Source: Candidatus Kaiserbacteria bacterium (GTDB lineage Bacteria > Patescibacteriota > Minisyncoccia > Phycocordibacterales > UBA918). From it: 36,158 bases of DNA. The notes below the pieces were generated by a model. That model was not told the origin of the DNA, searched no databases, and saw only the letters and a list, made by a program, of their open reading frames with translations. Both the position numbers and the translations under genes were made by a program. The stretch is taken from NCBI GenBank assembly GCA_007116965.1, contig SKHJ01000053.1, positions 1-36,158 on the forward strand, written 5' to 3'. Position 1 is the first letter of the stretch; each line of letters starts with the position of its first letter. This document shows positions 25,916 to 35,166 of this stretch, piece after piece.

Positions 25916-26085
25916 GACCGAGCGTTTAGCTCGGTGTGCGGTATATCCGAGTGAGGCCACACTGTATGCTTGCCGTGAGCGGTTGCTACTTGTTGACATC
26001 ATCGCCTGGCTTTGACTACTACCGTGACTTTATTTCTGACCGCAGAAACGCTATACTCAGCATACTGGATCTTCCCGCGGTGGCT

Positions 26086-27654
26086 ATGACGAATCATTCA
26101 GAATCTAGCAGCGAACACTTACTACCATACGCCCGGCGACCAGATTTTCACGTTGGTCGAGCGACTGAGTTGACAGGCAGACAGCGCCGTTTGTATCGTC
26201 TCTTAGAGATACTGCCAGGCTTGGCGTCCTGGGTCACCCTGATCGGGGTACTTTTACTCTCAGCCTTTGCGCCGTTTGTGGCGGCGTATTTCATTATTGC
26301 TTTTGCCATCTATTGGATATTGAAAACTTTTTTTCTTTCTTACCACTTGCGTTACAACTGGAAACGCTTGCGCTATAACTTGCAGGTTGACTGGGCGGAT
26401 CGCCTCCAATCAATGCCGCATGAACATATCAATCATTTGGTTATTTTACCCTTCTATAAAGAATCATTTGATGTTGTCAATGGTTCAGTCAAAGCGTTGG
26501 CTGCGGCGAAGACACCTAGCGAGCGAATTTTGGTGGTACTGGCCGTTGAGGAGCGAGCAGGGGAAGAAGCGGCAGCAATCGCACGCGCCGTTGCCAATCG
26601 CTGGGCAGGTACATTTGGTGCCTTTTTAGTCAGTCACCACCCGAGCGGTCTACCTGGCGAGATGGCCGGCAAAGGCTCAAATGCTGCCTATGCCGCTGAA
26701 CAAGCCAGACAACAGATACTTGATGTGAAGGGTTTGAAATACAGTGAGGTGCTTGTATCTATCTTTGATATCGATACGGTCATCTACCCAGATTACTTTA
26801 ATTGTCTCACCTGGCACTTCTTGACGGCGGAGCAACCACTTAAGACCTCATTTCAGCCCATCCCAGTCTTTAATAATAATGTCTGGGAAGCGCCGGCGTT
26901 GTCACGGGTGGTAGCGATGAGTAGTACCTTTTGGGAAATGGTTCAACAAGAACGTCCAGAGCGAATGGCTACCTTTTCGTCTCACTCGGTGAGTTTTCAG
27001 GCACTGTATGAGGTCGGGTACTGGCAGCGAAATATGGTCAGTGAAGATTCACGCATATTTTGGAACTTATTTATAGCTAATAATGGTGATTACCGGGTCA
27101 TACCGCTGTCCTACCCAGTTTCGATGGACGCTAATGTCGGTCGTAATCTGTGGCAGACTATCGCTCAGATCTACCGACAACATCGTCGCTGGACCTATGG
27201 TGTCGAGAATTTTGTCTATGTCATCTACCATTTCGCGCATAACAAAGAGATATCACTGCGACGAAGAATTACTATTGGCTTACAGCAAGCGGAAGGATAT
27301 TGGTCGCTCGTTACCAATCCGATCATGCTCTTTATCCTTGGTTGGGCGCCGATATTCTTGGGCGGACAAGAATTTCACCAAACTGTCCTCTCGTATAATC
27401 TGCCTATTATGGTGCGTGATCTCTTGATTGTGGCAATGTTTGGTTTGGTTTTTTCATCTATCGTGTCACTTTCTTTGATCCCGCCGCGACCCGATGGCGC
27501 GAGTCGTTTCCGTTACGTAGTAATGGCGCTACAGTGGATCATGGTGCCGGCAACGATGATCATCTTCAGTGCTATTCCTGGCCTCGACGCCCAGACGCGC
27601 TTGATGTTGGGCCGGTATATGGGTTTTTGGGTTACACCCAAGAGTCGTCAGTGA
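26086..27654 (+). CDS. Membrane-integral processive GT2 glycosyltransferase (522 aa from ATG 26086)
   Basis: ILPFYKE, GKGSN, DIDT (DxD), SED, QHRRW (QxxRW); 2 N-terminal and several C-terminal TM helices; TATACT box at 26052-26057. Confidence 0.85.
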   Translation: MTNHSESSSEHLLPYARRPDFHVGRATELTGRQRRLYRLLEILPGLASWVTLIGVLLLSAFAPFVAAYFIIAFAIYWILKTFFLSYHLRYNWKRLRYNLQVDWADRLQSMPHEHINHLVILPFYKESFDVVNGSVKALAAAKTPSERILVVLAVEERAGEEAAAIARAVANRWAGTFGAFLVSHHPSGLPGEMAGKGSNAAYAAEQARQQILDVKGLKYSEVLVSIFDIDTVIYPDYFNCLTWHFLTAEQPLKTSFQPIPVFNNNVWEAPALSRVVAMSSTFWEMVQQERPERMATFSSHSVSFQALYEVGYWQRNMVSEDSRIFWNLFIANNGDYRVIPLSYPVSMDANVGRNLWQTIAQIYRQHRRWTYGVENFVYVIYHFAHNKEISLRRRITIGLQQAEGYWSLVTNPIMLFILGWAPIFLGGQEFHQTVLSYNLPIMVRDLLIVAMFGLVFSSIVSLSLIPPRPDGASRFRYVVMALQWIMVPATMIIFSAIPGLDAQTRLMLGRYMGFWVTPKSRQ

Positions 27655-27695
27655 GGTAACCGGCAGGCATGATGGTTATCTGGTAATATATTGGT

Positions 27696-28841
27696 ATGTC
27701 TGCCGCGTATCATATGCCGCCACTGGAGCGACGCCACCGCACGGTCTTTTTTTACCTTCTCCTGTTTATTTTTTTGTGTGTAATGCCGTTACTAATACTG
27801 TATGCCAACGGCTATCGGTTCCAACTTTTTTCAGAAGAACCAGTCTTGGTTCTCACTGGGGCCTTGTACATTGCTACGCAAGTTGATGACAGTCAGATAT
27901 TTGTCGATGACAAACCAGTGCAAAACACTCGCTTTTTCCGACGAGCAACGTACGTACAAGGCCTGCTGCCAGGTATCCACCAAGTGCATGTACAAGGAGA
28001 GGGTCTACAGACGTGGGTAAAAAATCTACCAGTGTACGAACAAATGGTGACAGAGGTAGCGGCTTTCACGATACCGGAGATACCGCAGGTGCGACCCATT
28101 ACTTCATACCGTAGCCTAGATGGGCAGCCGGTTTTTCTGGGTTATGAGTCAGTGGTAGAGCTACCGTTTGCCTTTGCGTCAAGTACTGTTTCGGTCACCT
28201 ACAGTCCACAAATAGCAACCAGTAGTTGGGAGAAAAATCCAGAATTCACCTTCTTGACCGAGCGGTTCACTGAGTTGGACCGTCCGGCATGGCCAGTTGA
28301 AGAATTACCGCGGTTTCGTTTTGCTACCACTAGTCCCCAATTAGGTATCGCTACTACCGCTACGTCAACGGTACTACAGAACAACATAGCTTTACTTCGA
28401 CGGGGTGACGAGGTTGTAGCAGAATACCGCGGTACCTTACGCTCCATCCCGTATTATTTCTGCGTACCTTCTGCCCCTTTAGCCCAAATTGCCAGTCATT
28501 ATGGCCAGCATGTAGCCGACGCGCTTGGAGTTGATCCGGCGGCAGCTACGACGACGTTGTTTGAACGGGGGTCGTGGTTTGGTCAGACGTGTCGTTCAGA
28601 GATACGATTAGACCGCAAAGGCCAGACCGTGCACTGGTTTGATTTTGTGCCAGGGAGCCGTGACCTGGTATTGCTCCAGCTTGATACTGGTCTGTATGTC
28701 ACCGAGATCGACGATCGTTCATGGCAGAACCACCAATTACTGTATCCCAATCCAGACATCACGGTTATAGTCGAAGGTGGTCAGGTCATTGTGCAAGACG
28801 GTGATTATTTTGCGGAGCTTAGTCTTGAACTCGGGTCATAA
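27696..28841 (+). CDS. Membrane-anchored PEGA-like domain protein
   Basis: TM helix then LYANGYRF, TGALYI...SQIFVDD, LLPGIHQVHVQGEGLQTWVKNL; tggTAATAT box 6 nt before the ATG. Confidence 0.65.
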   Translation: MSAAYHMPPLERRHRTVFFYLLLFIFLCVMPLLILYANGYRFQLFSEEPVLVLTGALYIATQVDDSQIFVDDKPVQNTRFFRRATYVQGLLPGIHQVHVQGEGLQTWVKNLPVYEQMVTEVAAFTIPEIPQVRPITSYRSLDGQPVFLGYESVVELPFAFASSTVSVTYSPQIATSSWEKNPEFTFLTERFTELDRPAWPVEELPRFRFATTSPQLGIATTATSTVLQNNIALLRRGDEVVAEYRGTLRSIPYYFCVPSAPLAQIASHYGQHVADALGVDPAAATTTLFERGSWFGQTCRSEIRLDRKGQTVHWFDFVPGSRDLVLLQLDTGLYVTEIDDRSWQNHQLLYPNPDITVIVEGGQVIVQDGDYFAELSLELGS

Positions 28842-28892
28842 AGACCTAAAAAGGTGGAGTAAGAGCGGTTATTTTGCTATGATGGTCGCCAT

Positions 28893-29612
28893 ATGTCAGT
28901 TCACGGCCATCAACACCCGTTGACGCAGATGATTGCTGAGATCAACCATATCTTCGCTGAGGTTGGCTTTGTTTTTGCCGAAGGGCCAGAGATCGAGACA
29001 GAGCATTATAATTTTGATCAACTCAATGTCCCTAAGGATCATCCGTCACGCGATATGCAGGATACGTTTTGGTTCAAGCCACAGGATGTGTCTGAGCCGA
29101 CCGTCCTGCGTACACACACCAGTCCGGTGCAGATACGATACATGGAGCAGCATACGCCACCCCTGCGAGCGATTATGCCAGGCAAGGTTTTTCGTAACGA
29201 AGCGACCGATGCGACACACGAGGCCCAATTCTATCAGCTCGAGGGTTTAGAAGTTGGAGAAGGTATTCACTTGGGTCACTTAAAAGGTACCATTGAATAC
29301 TTCTTTAGTCGGTTTTTGGGTGGTGACGTGGAAATCCGCTTTCGGCCAGGCTTCTTTCCGTTTGTTGAACCAGGGGTGGAGGTTGATATGCGGCTACTGT
29401 CTGACACCTCGGCACTGGCTGGTCGCTGGATCGAATTGATGGGAGCGGGGATGGTGCATCCTAACGTGCTGCGAAATGCAGGAGTTGATCCTGAGCAGTT
29501 CTCAGGCTATGCCTTCGGGATGGGTATCGACCGCTTGGCGGTGATGAAGTACGGTATCGATGATATTCGTCATATGTATACCGGTGACTTACGATTTATA
29601 AATCAATTTTAG
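28893..29612 (+). CDS. pheS: Phenylalanyl-tRNA synthetase alpha subunit, catalytic core only (239 aa)
   Basis: GHQHPL, NFDQLNVPKDHPSRDMQDTF, LRTHTSPVQ, FRNE, FPFVEP, AFGMGIDR; tgcTATGAT box 9 nt before the ATG. Confidence 0.95.
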   Translation: MSVHGHQHPLTQMIAEINHIFAEVGFVFAEGPEIETEHYNFDQLNVPKDHPSRDMQDTFWFKPQDVSEPTVLRTHTSPVQIRYMEQHTPPLRAIMPGKVFRNEATDATHEAQFYQLEGLEVGEGIHLGHLKGTIEYFFSRFLGGDVEIRFRPGFFPFVEPGVEVDMRLLSDTSALAGRWIELMGAGMVHPNVLRNAGVDPEQFSGYAFGMGIDRLAVMKYGIDDIRHMYTGDLRFINQF

Positions 29613-29613
29613 T

Positions 29614-31551
29614 ATGTTGGTCTCTTGGAATTGGCTACAAGATTATCTCGGTGAAACCAAACTGACTGCCCAGCAGGCAGCAGAATTACTTGGTACGCAT
29701 GCCTTCGAGCTCGAAAGGGTCGTAGTGACTGATGAGGATACGATCATTGATGTTGATGTCCTGCCCAATCGTTCTTCAGACTGTCTCTCACACCGAGGAA
29801 TTGCGCACGAACTAGCAGTTATTACCGATACCCCGCTGGCTTTTGATCCTTTACAAACACCACCCCAGCTGGCAACTACTGACCAGATTAAGGTAACCAT
29901 TGTTGATCCGCAAGCCTGCCCACGCTTCACTGCTAGTCTGATCACCGACGTGACAGTCAAACCATCGCCTGAATGGCTGCAGAGAAGACTGCGCGCGATT
30001 GGGCAGCGACCTATCAATAACATCGTGGATGCAACCAACTACGTGATGTTTGCGCTTGGGCAGCCGTTGCACGCGTATGACGCTGATTTATTTCCTCAGC
30101 ACGAGGGAGCGTGGCAGTTTACCGTCCGGCGAGCGAGAGTAGGTGAGATCATCTCCCTTTTACCAGAGGGTGAGAAAGAGGTTGAACGAATTGTAGAACT
30201 CACCGGGAGCGAATTGTTGATCGTTGATGGTTCGTCTGATACCCCGATCGGCTTAGCGGGTGTCAAGGGTGGTGCGTTTGCTGGTGTCCATAGCGGCACC
30301 AAGAACATTATCATCGAAGCAGCTCATTTTGATCCCACGCTCACTAGACAAACCGCTCGTGGCTTAGGTATCGTCATCGACGCGAGTAAACGGTTTGAGA
30401 ACGAACCGGCGCGAGACTTACCGGAGTACGCACAAGCGGCTATTGTGGCGCTGATCAAAGATATCGCTGGCGGGTCATTTGTGGGTTGGGTGGATGAGTA
30501 TCTTACCCGCAAGACTAATCCGACTGTAATGTTTCGGCCAGCCCGAGCGGTAGCTATGTTAGGGGTTGACATACCGCCGCCAACGATGCAATCAATTCTT
30601 GCGCGAATCGGTGCAACGGTGGTCAGTGATGGTGATACGTGGCAGGTTACGGGTCCGTGGGAGCGAACCGATCTTTTATTGGAAGAAGACCTGATCGAGG
30701 AGGTGGGACGAATCTACGGCTATGAGCATATTGCGGCTGTGGCGCCGGAGAGGCAACCGCTGACTGCGGTCAACGCCCAGCAATACTACAGTGAACAAAT
30801 CCGTACGATACTGTTGGCCGAAGGCTTCTCTGAGGTGATCACGTCTAGTTTCCGACCGAAAGATCAGATCCAGCTGGCTAATGCGCTTGCGAGCGATAAA
30901 AGTTATTTGCGATCGAATTTGCGTAAAAATATTACCGAAGTACTTGATCGCAATGCAACGTTGCCAGATTTACTCGGAACGACTGATACGCGGGTATTTG
31001 AGCTTGGTACGGTGTTTAGTAAAGACGAGGAGCAGGGTTTAGTTGAGCACACCGCCTTAGCTGTCGGCGTCCGTACCAAAAGTACCGGCTACAGTGGCAA
31101 AGAGGACAAGATCGTAGAGGCGACACTCACCAAACTAAATGAACTAATAGGGGTTACGCCAGACTGGCACATAGAGCAAGGGGTGGCAGAGTGTAACCTA
31201 ACCGCACTACTAACTGCTTTACCGACGCCCAGCGGATACGAGCCGGTAGCGTCAGCCGATCCGGTAACCTACCGACCATTTTCGGTCTATCCGTTCGTGA
31301 CACGGGATATCGCGCTGTGGGTTGACGTCAAACTTTCAGCCGCGGAAGTACAAGCAGAGATCGATGCGCACGCAGGTCCACTGCGGGTGCGGACGACGTT
31401 ATTTGATGAGTTTAGTAAAGATGGCCGCACGAGCTTTGCGTTCCGTCTAGTCTTTCAGTCACACGAAAAAACCCTCGACGGCAGCGAGGTAGATGGCTAT
31501 ATGCAGGCTATCTACGACGCCGCCACGAAGGCAGGTTGGGAGGTCAGATGA
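29614..31551 (+). CDS. pheT: Phenylalanyl-tRNA synthetase beta subunit lacking the B2 OB domain (645 aa)
   Basis: MLVSWNWL, PNRSSDCLSHRGIA after only ~50 aa, INNIVDATNYVM, GQPLHAYD, EEDLIEEVGRIYGY, C-terminal B8 domain YPFVTRDIA. Confidence 0.95.
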   Translation: MLVSWNWLQDYLGETKLTAQQAAELLGTHAFELERVVVTDEDTIIDVDVLPNRSSDCLSHRGIAHELAVITDTPLAFDPLQTPPQLATTDQIKVTIVDPQACPRFTASLITDVTVKPSPEWLQRRLRAIGQRPINNIVDATNYVMFALGQPLHAYDADLFPQHEGAWQFTVRRARVGEIISLLPEGEKEVERIVELTGSELLIVDGSSDTPIGLAGVKGGAFAGVHSGTKNIIIEAAHFDPTLTRQTARGLGIVIDASKRFENEPARDLPEYAQAAIVALIKDIAGGSFVGWVDEYLTRKTNPTVMFRPARAVAMLGVDIPPPTMQSILARIGATVVSDGDTWQVTGPWERTDLLLEEDLIEEVGRIYGYEHIAAVAPERQPLTAVNAQQYYSEQIRTILLAEGFSEVITSSFRPKDQIQLANALASDKSYLRSNLRKNITEVLDRNATLPDLLGTTDTRVFELGTVFSKDEEQGLVEHTALAVGVRTKSTGYSGKEDKIVEATLTKLNELIGVTPDWHIEQGVAECNLTALLTALPTPSGYEPVASADPVTYRPFSVYPFVTRDIALWVDVKLSAAEVQAEIDAHAGPLRVRTTLFDEFSKDGRTSFAFRLVFQSHEKTLDGSEVDGYMQAIYDAATKAGWEVR

Positions 31552-31789
31552 TTTGGTGGTTTACCAACTCCCAGATAGTGATGCGACATTCTGGATCAGT
31601 CAATCTTATGCCGCATGCTAGCATCTCGGCATCATTACGCCGAAGTAGTTGCGGATCAGGGTAAATGGTGAATTTGCCTCGGAACAGTCTAGTGAGACCG
31701 CTCCGGTAACCCCACCAACCGCTGGTATGGCGATCAGCAAAGTGTAACGCCACAAACCCATTTTGTTGGGCGTAAGGTGTGCCTTGCAT
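31544..31789 (-). CDS. Small hypothetical protein (81 aa)
   Basis: Fills most of the pheT-gyrB gap; SD AGGAGAGG (31800-31793), T-ATG start, and putative promoter TTGTGC-N16-TAATTT (31847-31820). Confidence 0.5.
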   Translation of the reverse strand: MQGTPYAQQNGFVALHFADRHTSGWWGYRSGLTRLFRGKFTIYPDPQLLRRNDAEMLACGIRLTDPECRITIWELVNHQII

Positions 31790-31858
31790 AGTCCTCTCCT
31801 GTCTATAGTTTCCGCCTCAAAATTAGCATATTTCAAGGCAGGCACAAGGGCGAGAGTA

Positions 31859-31867
31859 TGGTATAAT
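31859..31867 (+). promoter_or_regulatory. Consensus extended -10 promoter (TGgTATAAT) for gyrB
   Basis: Perfect TGnTATAAT followed by an AU-rich leader without SD. Confidence 0.7.
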
Positions 31868-31899
31868 GACTGCTGTTTATTTATTAAATTCTATTCTGC

Positions 31900-33990
31900 A
31901 TGACAGCCAAAAAAGCCGCCAAAACTGCCAGCAAAAAGACCAACGGAGGGTATGATGCATCGGCCATTTCCGTGCTTGAAGGCCTCGATCCGGTGCGTAA
32001 GCGGCCGGGAATGTACATCGGTACCACTGGTCCGGATGGCTTGCATCACTTGATCTCTGAGGTATTTGATAACTCGCGTGATGAGGCGATGGGGGGATTT
32101 GCCAATCGAGTAGAAGTGGCGCTCTTGCCTAACAATTACGTCCGGGTGGCTGATAACGGTCGCGGCATTCCGGTTGACACGCACAAGCAAACCAAGACCT
32201 CAGCGCTTGAAACTATTCTGTGCACCTTACACGCCGGCGGTAAGTTTGGCGGGGAAGGGTATAAGGTTTCGGGTGGACTGCATGGGGTAGGAGTGTCGGT
32301 GGTCAACGCTCTTTCGACGCATCTGATAGCTGAAGTACATCGCGACGGTGGTTATTATAAGCAGGAATACAATATTGGCGTACCGAAGGCTAAAGTTAAG
32401 AAGGTCAGCGCTTCAGATGTGACCGGCACCATTATCACATTCCAAGCTGACCCAGAGATCTTCAAGGAGATTGTGTATGACTTCAAACGTATCGTTAACC
32501 ACCTGCGGCAACAGGCGTATCTGGTGAAAGCAATGCAACTACACGTTATTGACGCTCGGGAAATGACACCGGAGCAAATCAAGAAAACAGATTTCTCAGC
32601 CACGCCGTTTCTGACCGACCAACACTTGGAGGTGCCGCATCAGCACTTCTACTTTGAAGGGGGTTTGCGCTCTTTGGTGGCCTTTAACAACCAGCACCAA
32701 AAACCGGTCCATAAGAACATATTTTACGTTGAACGGCAGGACGTTGACCCGGCTGTGTTGTCGGTGGAAGTGGCTTTGCAATACGTTGATGATATCTCGG
32801 CTCGTATCTCAGCTTTTGCTAATAATATCTACAATCCAGAACACGGTACGCATATTACTGGTTTTAAGACTGCGTTGACGCGTTCTCTCAATACCTACGC
32901 GCGCAAGAACAGCCTGCTGAAAGAAAAAGACGATTCGTTCACTGGTGACGATGTACTGGAGGGTATCACTGCTGTGGTGTCGGTCAAGATGCCAGAAATA
33001 CAATTTGAAGGGCAGACCAAGGCTAAGCTTGGATCAGTCGAGGCGCGGGGGGCGGTCGAATCAGTCTTTGCTGATGCGTTCAGCTCATTCTTAGAAGAAC
33101 ATCCGGATGACGCTAAGGCCATCATCAATAAAGCCATTATTGCGGTTAAGGCCCGCAAGGCGGCCAAGGCTGCCAAGGATAGTGTATTACGTAAAGGGGC
33201 GCTCGATGGTCTATCCTTGCCTGGTAAGTTGGCGGACTGTCAGACCAAGAAGGCTAACGAGTCAGAATTATTCATTGTCGAGGGAGATTCAGCGGGTGGT
33301 TCGGCCAAGATGGGTCGGGATCGGCGCACCCAGGCTATTTTGCCGTTGCGCGGTAAGATCCTCAACGTCGAGCGAGCACGTATCGATCGGATGTTGGCTT
33401 CTGACCAGATCAAGAACTTAGTGATTGCGCTCGGGACAGCCATTGGTGATGTATTTGATGTTTCAAAATTGCGGTACCATAAGATCATTATCGCGACCGA
33501 CGCAGATGTTGATGGGGCTCATATTAGGACTTTATTGTTGACCTTGTTCTACCGCTATTTCCGACCGTTGGTCGAAGATGGCTACGTGTACATAGCTCAG
33601 CCGCCACTATATAAGATCCAGCAAGGGAAAGACGTACAATATGCGTACACTGATGAGGAGAAGTTTCAGATCCTGGGAATCGACCCAGCTGAGCTGGAGG
33701 ACGAGATACCGACAGAAGACAATGATGATGAGATGGCCGGTACCGAAGATGAGAAAGTAGTAGCCAAAGCTAGCAGAGCACGTATTCAACGCTACAAGGG
33801 TTTGGGTGAGATGAACGCAGAAGAATTGTGGGAGACTACTATGAATCCAGCCAACCGAGTCTTGAAACAGGTGACTATTGACGATGCTGAGCAAGCGGAC
33901 CGCATCTTCGATGTTTTGATGGGGACGGATGTCGCCAGCCGCAAGTCGTTCATTCAGTCTAACGCACGGATGGCCAGCTTGGATATCTAA
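31900..33990 (+). CDS. gyrB: DNA gyrase subunit B
   Basis: LEGLDPVRKRPGMYIG, DNGRGIP, LHAGGKF, SGGLHGVG, EGQTK, LPGKLADC, EGDSAGG, PLRGK, DADVDG, QRYKGLGEM. Confidence 0.93.
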   Translation: MTAKKAAKTASKKTNGGYDASAISVLEGLDPVRKRPGMYIGTTGPDGLHHLISEVFDNSRDEAMGGFANRVEVALLPNNYVRVADNGRGIPVDTHKQTKTSALETILCTLHAGGKFGGEGYKVSGGLHGVGVSVVNALSTHLIAEVHRDGGYYKQEYNIGVPKAKVKKVSASDVTGTIITFQADPEIFKEIVYDFKRIVNHLRQQAYLVKAMQLHVIDAREMTPEQIKKTDFSATPFLTDQHLEVPHQHFYFEGGLRSLVAFNNQHQKPVHKNIFYVERQDVDPAVLSVEVALQYVDDISARISAFANNIYNPEHGTHITGFKTALTRSLNTYARKNSLLKEKDDSFTGDDVLEGITAVVSVKMPEIQFEGQTKAKLGSVEARGAVESVFADAFSSFLEEHPDDAKAIINKAIIAVKARKAAKAAKDSVLRKGALDGLSLPGKLADCQTKKANESELFIVEGDSAGGSAKMGRDRRTQAILPLRGKILNVERARIDRMLASDQIKNLVIALGTAIGDVFDVSKLRYHKIIIATDADVDGAHIRTLLLTLFYRYFRPLVEDGYVYIAQPPLYKIQQGKDVQYAYTDEEKFQILGIDPAELEDEIPTEDNDDEMAGTEDEKVVAKASRARIQRYKGLGEMNAEELWETTMNPANRVLKQVTIDDAEQADRIFDVLMGTDVASRKSFIQSNARMASLDI

Positions 33991-33997
33991 CAACAGA

Positions 33998-34031
33998 AAA
34001 AAAGCCGCTCGCTGAAGCGAGCGGCTTTTTT
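33998..34031. terminator. Bidirectional intrinsic terminator between convergent genes
   Basis: AAAAAA-GCCGCTCGC-tgaa-GCGAGCGGC-TTTTTT. Confidence 0.9.
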
Positions 34032-34055
34032 GTTTCTTCCTTTATACTAGCGTTA

Positions 34056-35129
34056 CTAGCGAACGTCGACACGCCAATTGATGGAGTGGTTGGCCTGGTT
34101 ACTATCTCGCAAAGTCTCAATGCGGATGGTCAGGTCTTGCCAGCCACGCTCGGGTCCAGTTCTGAAGCCAAGGGTCAGGGTAGCTTCTTCATTGGGTCGC
34201 AAGGGGCTTTGGCTCGGTGAACGGTAGGTCTGTCCGTTAGGTAATTCGGCCGTATATGTCCACGGCTCAGAAGTACGGGTACCAGTGTTCTTGACCGCAA
34301 AACGGATGGCTCCAGTTGTGTTAGGTGGTAGATTGCCACTCGGGCGGAAGTTCTGTTGGCTATCGAGGGTACCGGCACTGACAAAGCGAACTCCTACGTC
34401 GGTAAAGCCAGCTGGGTCAGAGACCGGGATGGTGACAGTGGGTTCAGTAGGAGAAACTGGTGGCTGAGAGGGCGCGGGCTGGCTGGGGACGGTTGGTGGC
34501 GAGACAACCACTGCCTCTTCCTCCTCAGTTGTAGGTTCAGCGATAACTTCTTCAAGTGGTTCTTCGGTTAGATCTGCGACAGTTTCGTCATCTAGCGCGG
34601 TACCTCGTACTTCCAGCTGACCGACGGTGGTTTGGATATCGGTGGGGTTGGTTTCAGGGATGAACGCAACTTGGTATGCGAGGGTAATTTTCTCACGGCT
34701 GGTGGTTGTTTCTAAGAGTAAATCTATGGTTGTCAGGTCACCAATGTTGTAGAGACGATCACACTCTAAGGCTAGGCTACCAAATTCGGGTGTTCGTAAT
34801 TGTATAGCAATATCTGGTTCGCACGTAAAAGCGACCGCAAAGGTACCGGGAGTTGAAACTTCTGGCCAGCTGATAGTGATTACCTCGCCAGGACTGAAGG
34901 TATCTGGGCTGGTGCTCAGGTCCAGAGTTACCGTCGTATCGGTCTCTTGGTCACGTAATAGATCTGCCACGGAAGCCGTGATGTGGGGAATCATTGCTAC
35001 GGTAGTAAAGATGATCCAAGCTAAAGCAGCCAGTAAGGCAAGGAATCCTAACACCGCCAGAGCCTTGGTCATACGCTCACGCGCAGTTGGTCGTCGTGGG
35101 GGATTTGTATCGGTTTGCGGTGTGTTCAT
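34056..35129 (-). CDS. Membrane-anchored surface protein: Ig-like domain, Pro/Glu linker, C-terminal CARDB-like domain
   Basis: N-terminal TM helix; PPTVPSQPAPSQPP linker; DVGVRF...IRFAVKNTGTR...LRPNEEATL...DSNQANH; ATG at 35129. Confidence 0.7.
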   Translation of the reverse strand: MNTPQTDTNPPRRPTARERMTKALAVLGFLALLAALAWIIFTTVAMIPHITASVADLLRDQETDTTVTLDLSTSPDTFSPGEVITISWPEVSTPGTFAVAFTCEPDIAIQLRTPEFGSLALECDRLYNIGDLTTIDLLLETTTSREKITLAYQVAFIPETNPTDIQTTVGQLEVRGTALDDETVADLTEEPLEEVIAEPTTEEEEAVVVSPPTVPSQPAPSQPPVSPTEPTVTIPVSDPAGFTDVGVRFVSAGTLDSQQNFRPSGNLPPNTTGAIRFAVKNTGTRTSEPWTYTAELPNGQTYRSPSQSPLRPNEEATLTLGFRTGPERGWQDLTIRIETLRDSNQANHSINWRVDVR

Positions 35130-35137
35130 ATGAGCCG

Positions 35138-35166
35138 AAGCTACCACAGAGCGACATTATTGTCAA
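35138..35166 (-). promoter_or_regulatory. Promoter TTGACA-N17-TAGCTT (with extended TG) 8 nt before ATG 35129
   Basis: -35 at 35166-35161 and -10 at 35143-35138. Confidence 0.7.

Noticed and set aside
25936..26085. 50-aa N-terminal extension of the GT2 gene from GTG 25936
   Set aside because: It begins at the edge of a hairpin region and contains a -10 box at 26052; ATG 26086 is more plausible.
31552..31899. RNase P RNA, tmRNA or SRP RNA in the pheT-gyrB gap
   Set aside because: No GAGGAAAGUCC, tRNA-like ends or SRP loop motif found on either strand; the small minus-strand ORF explains the space better. An Rfam search would settle it.
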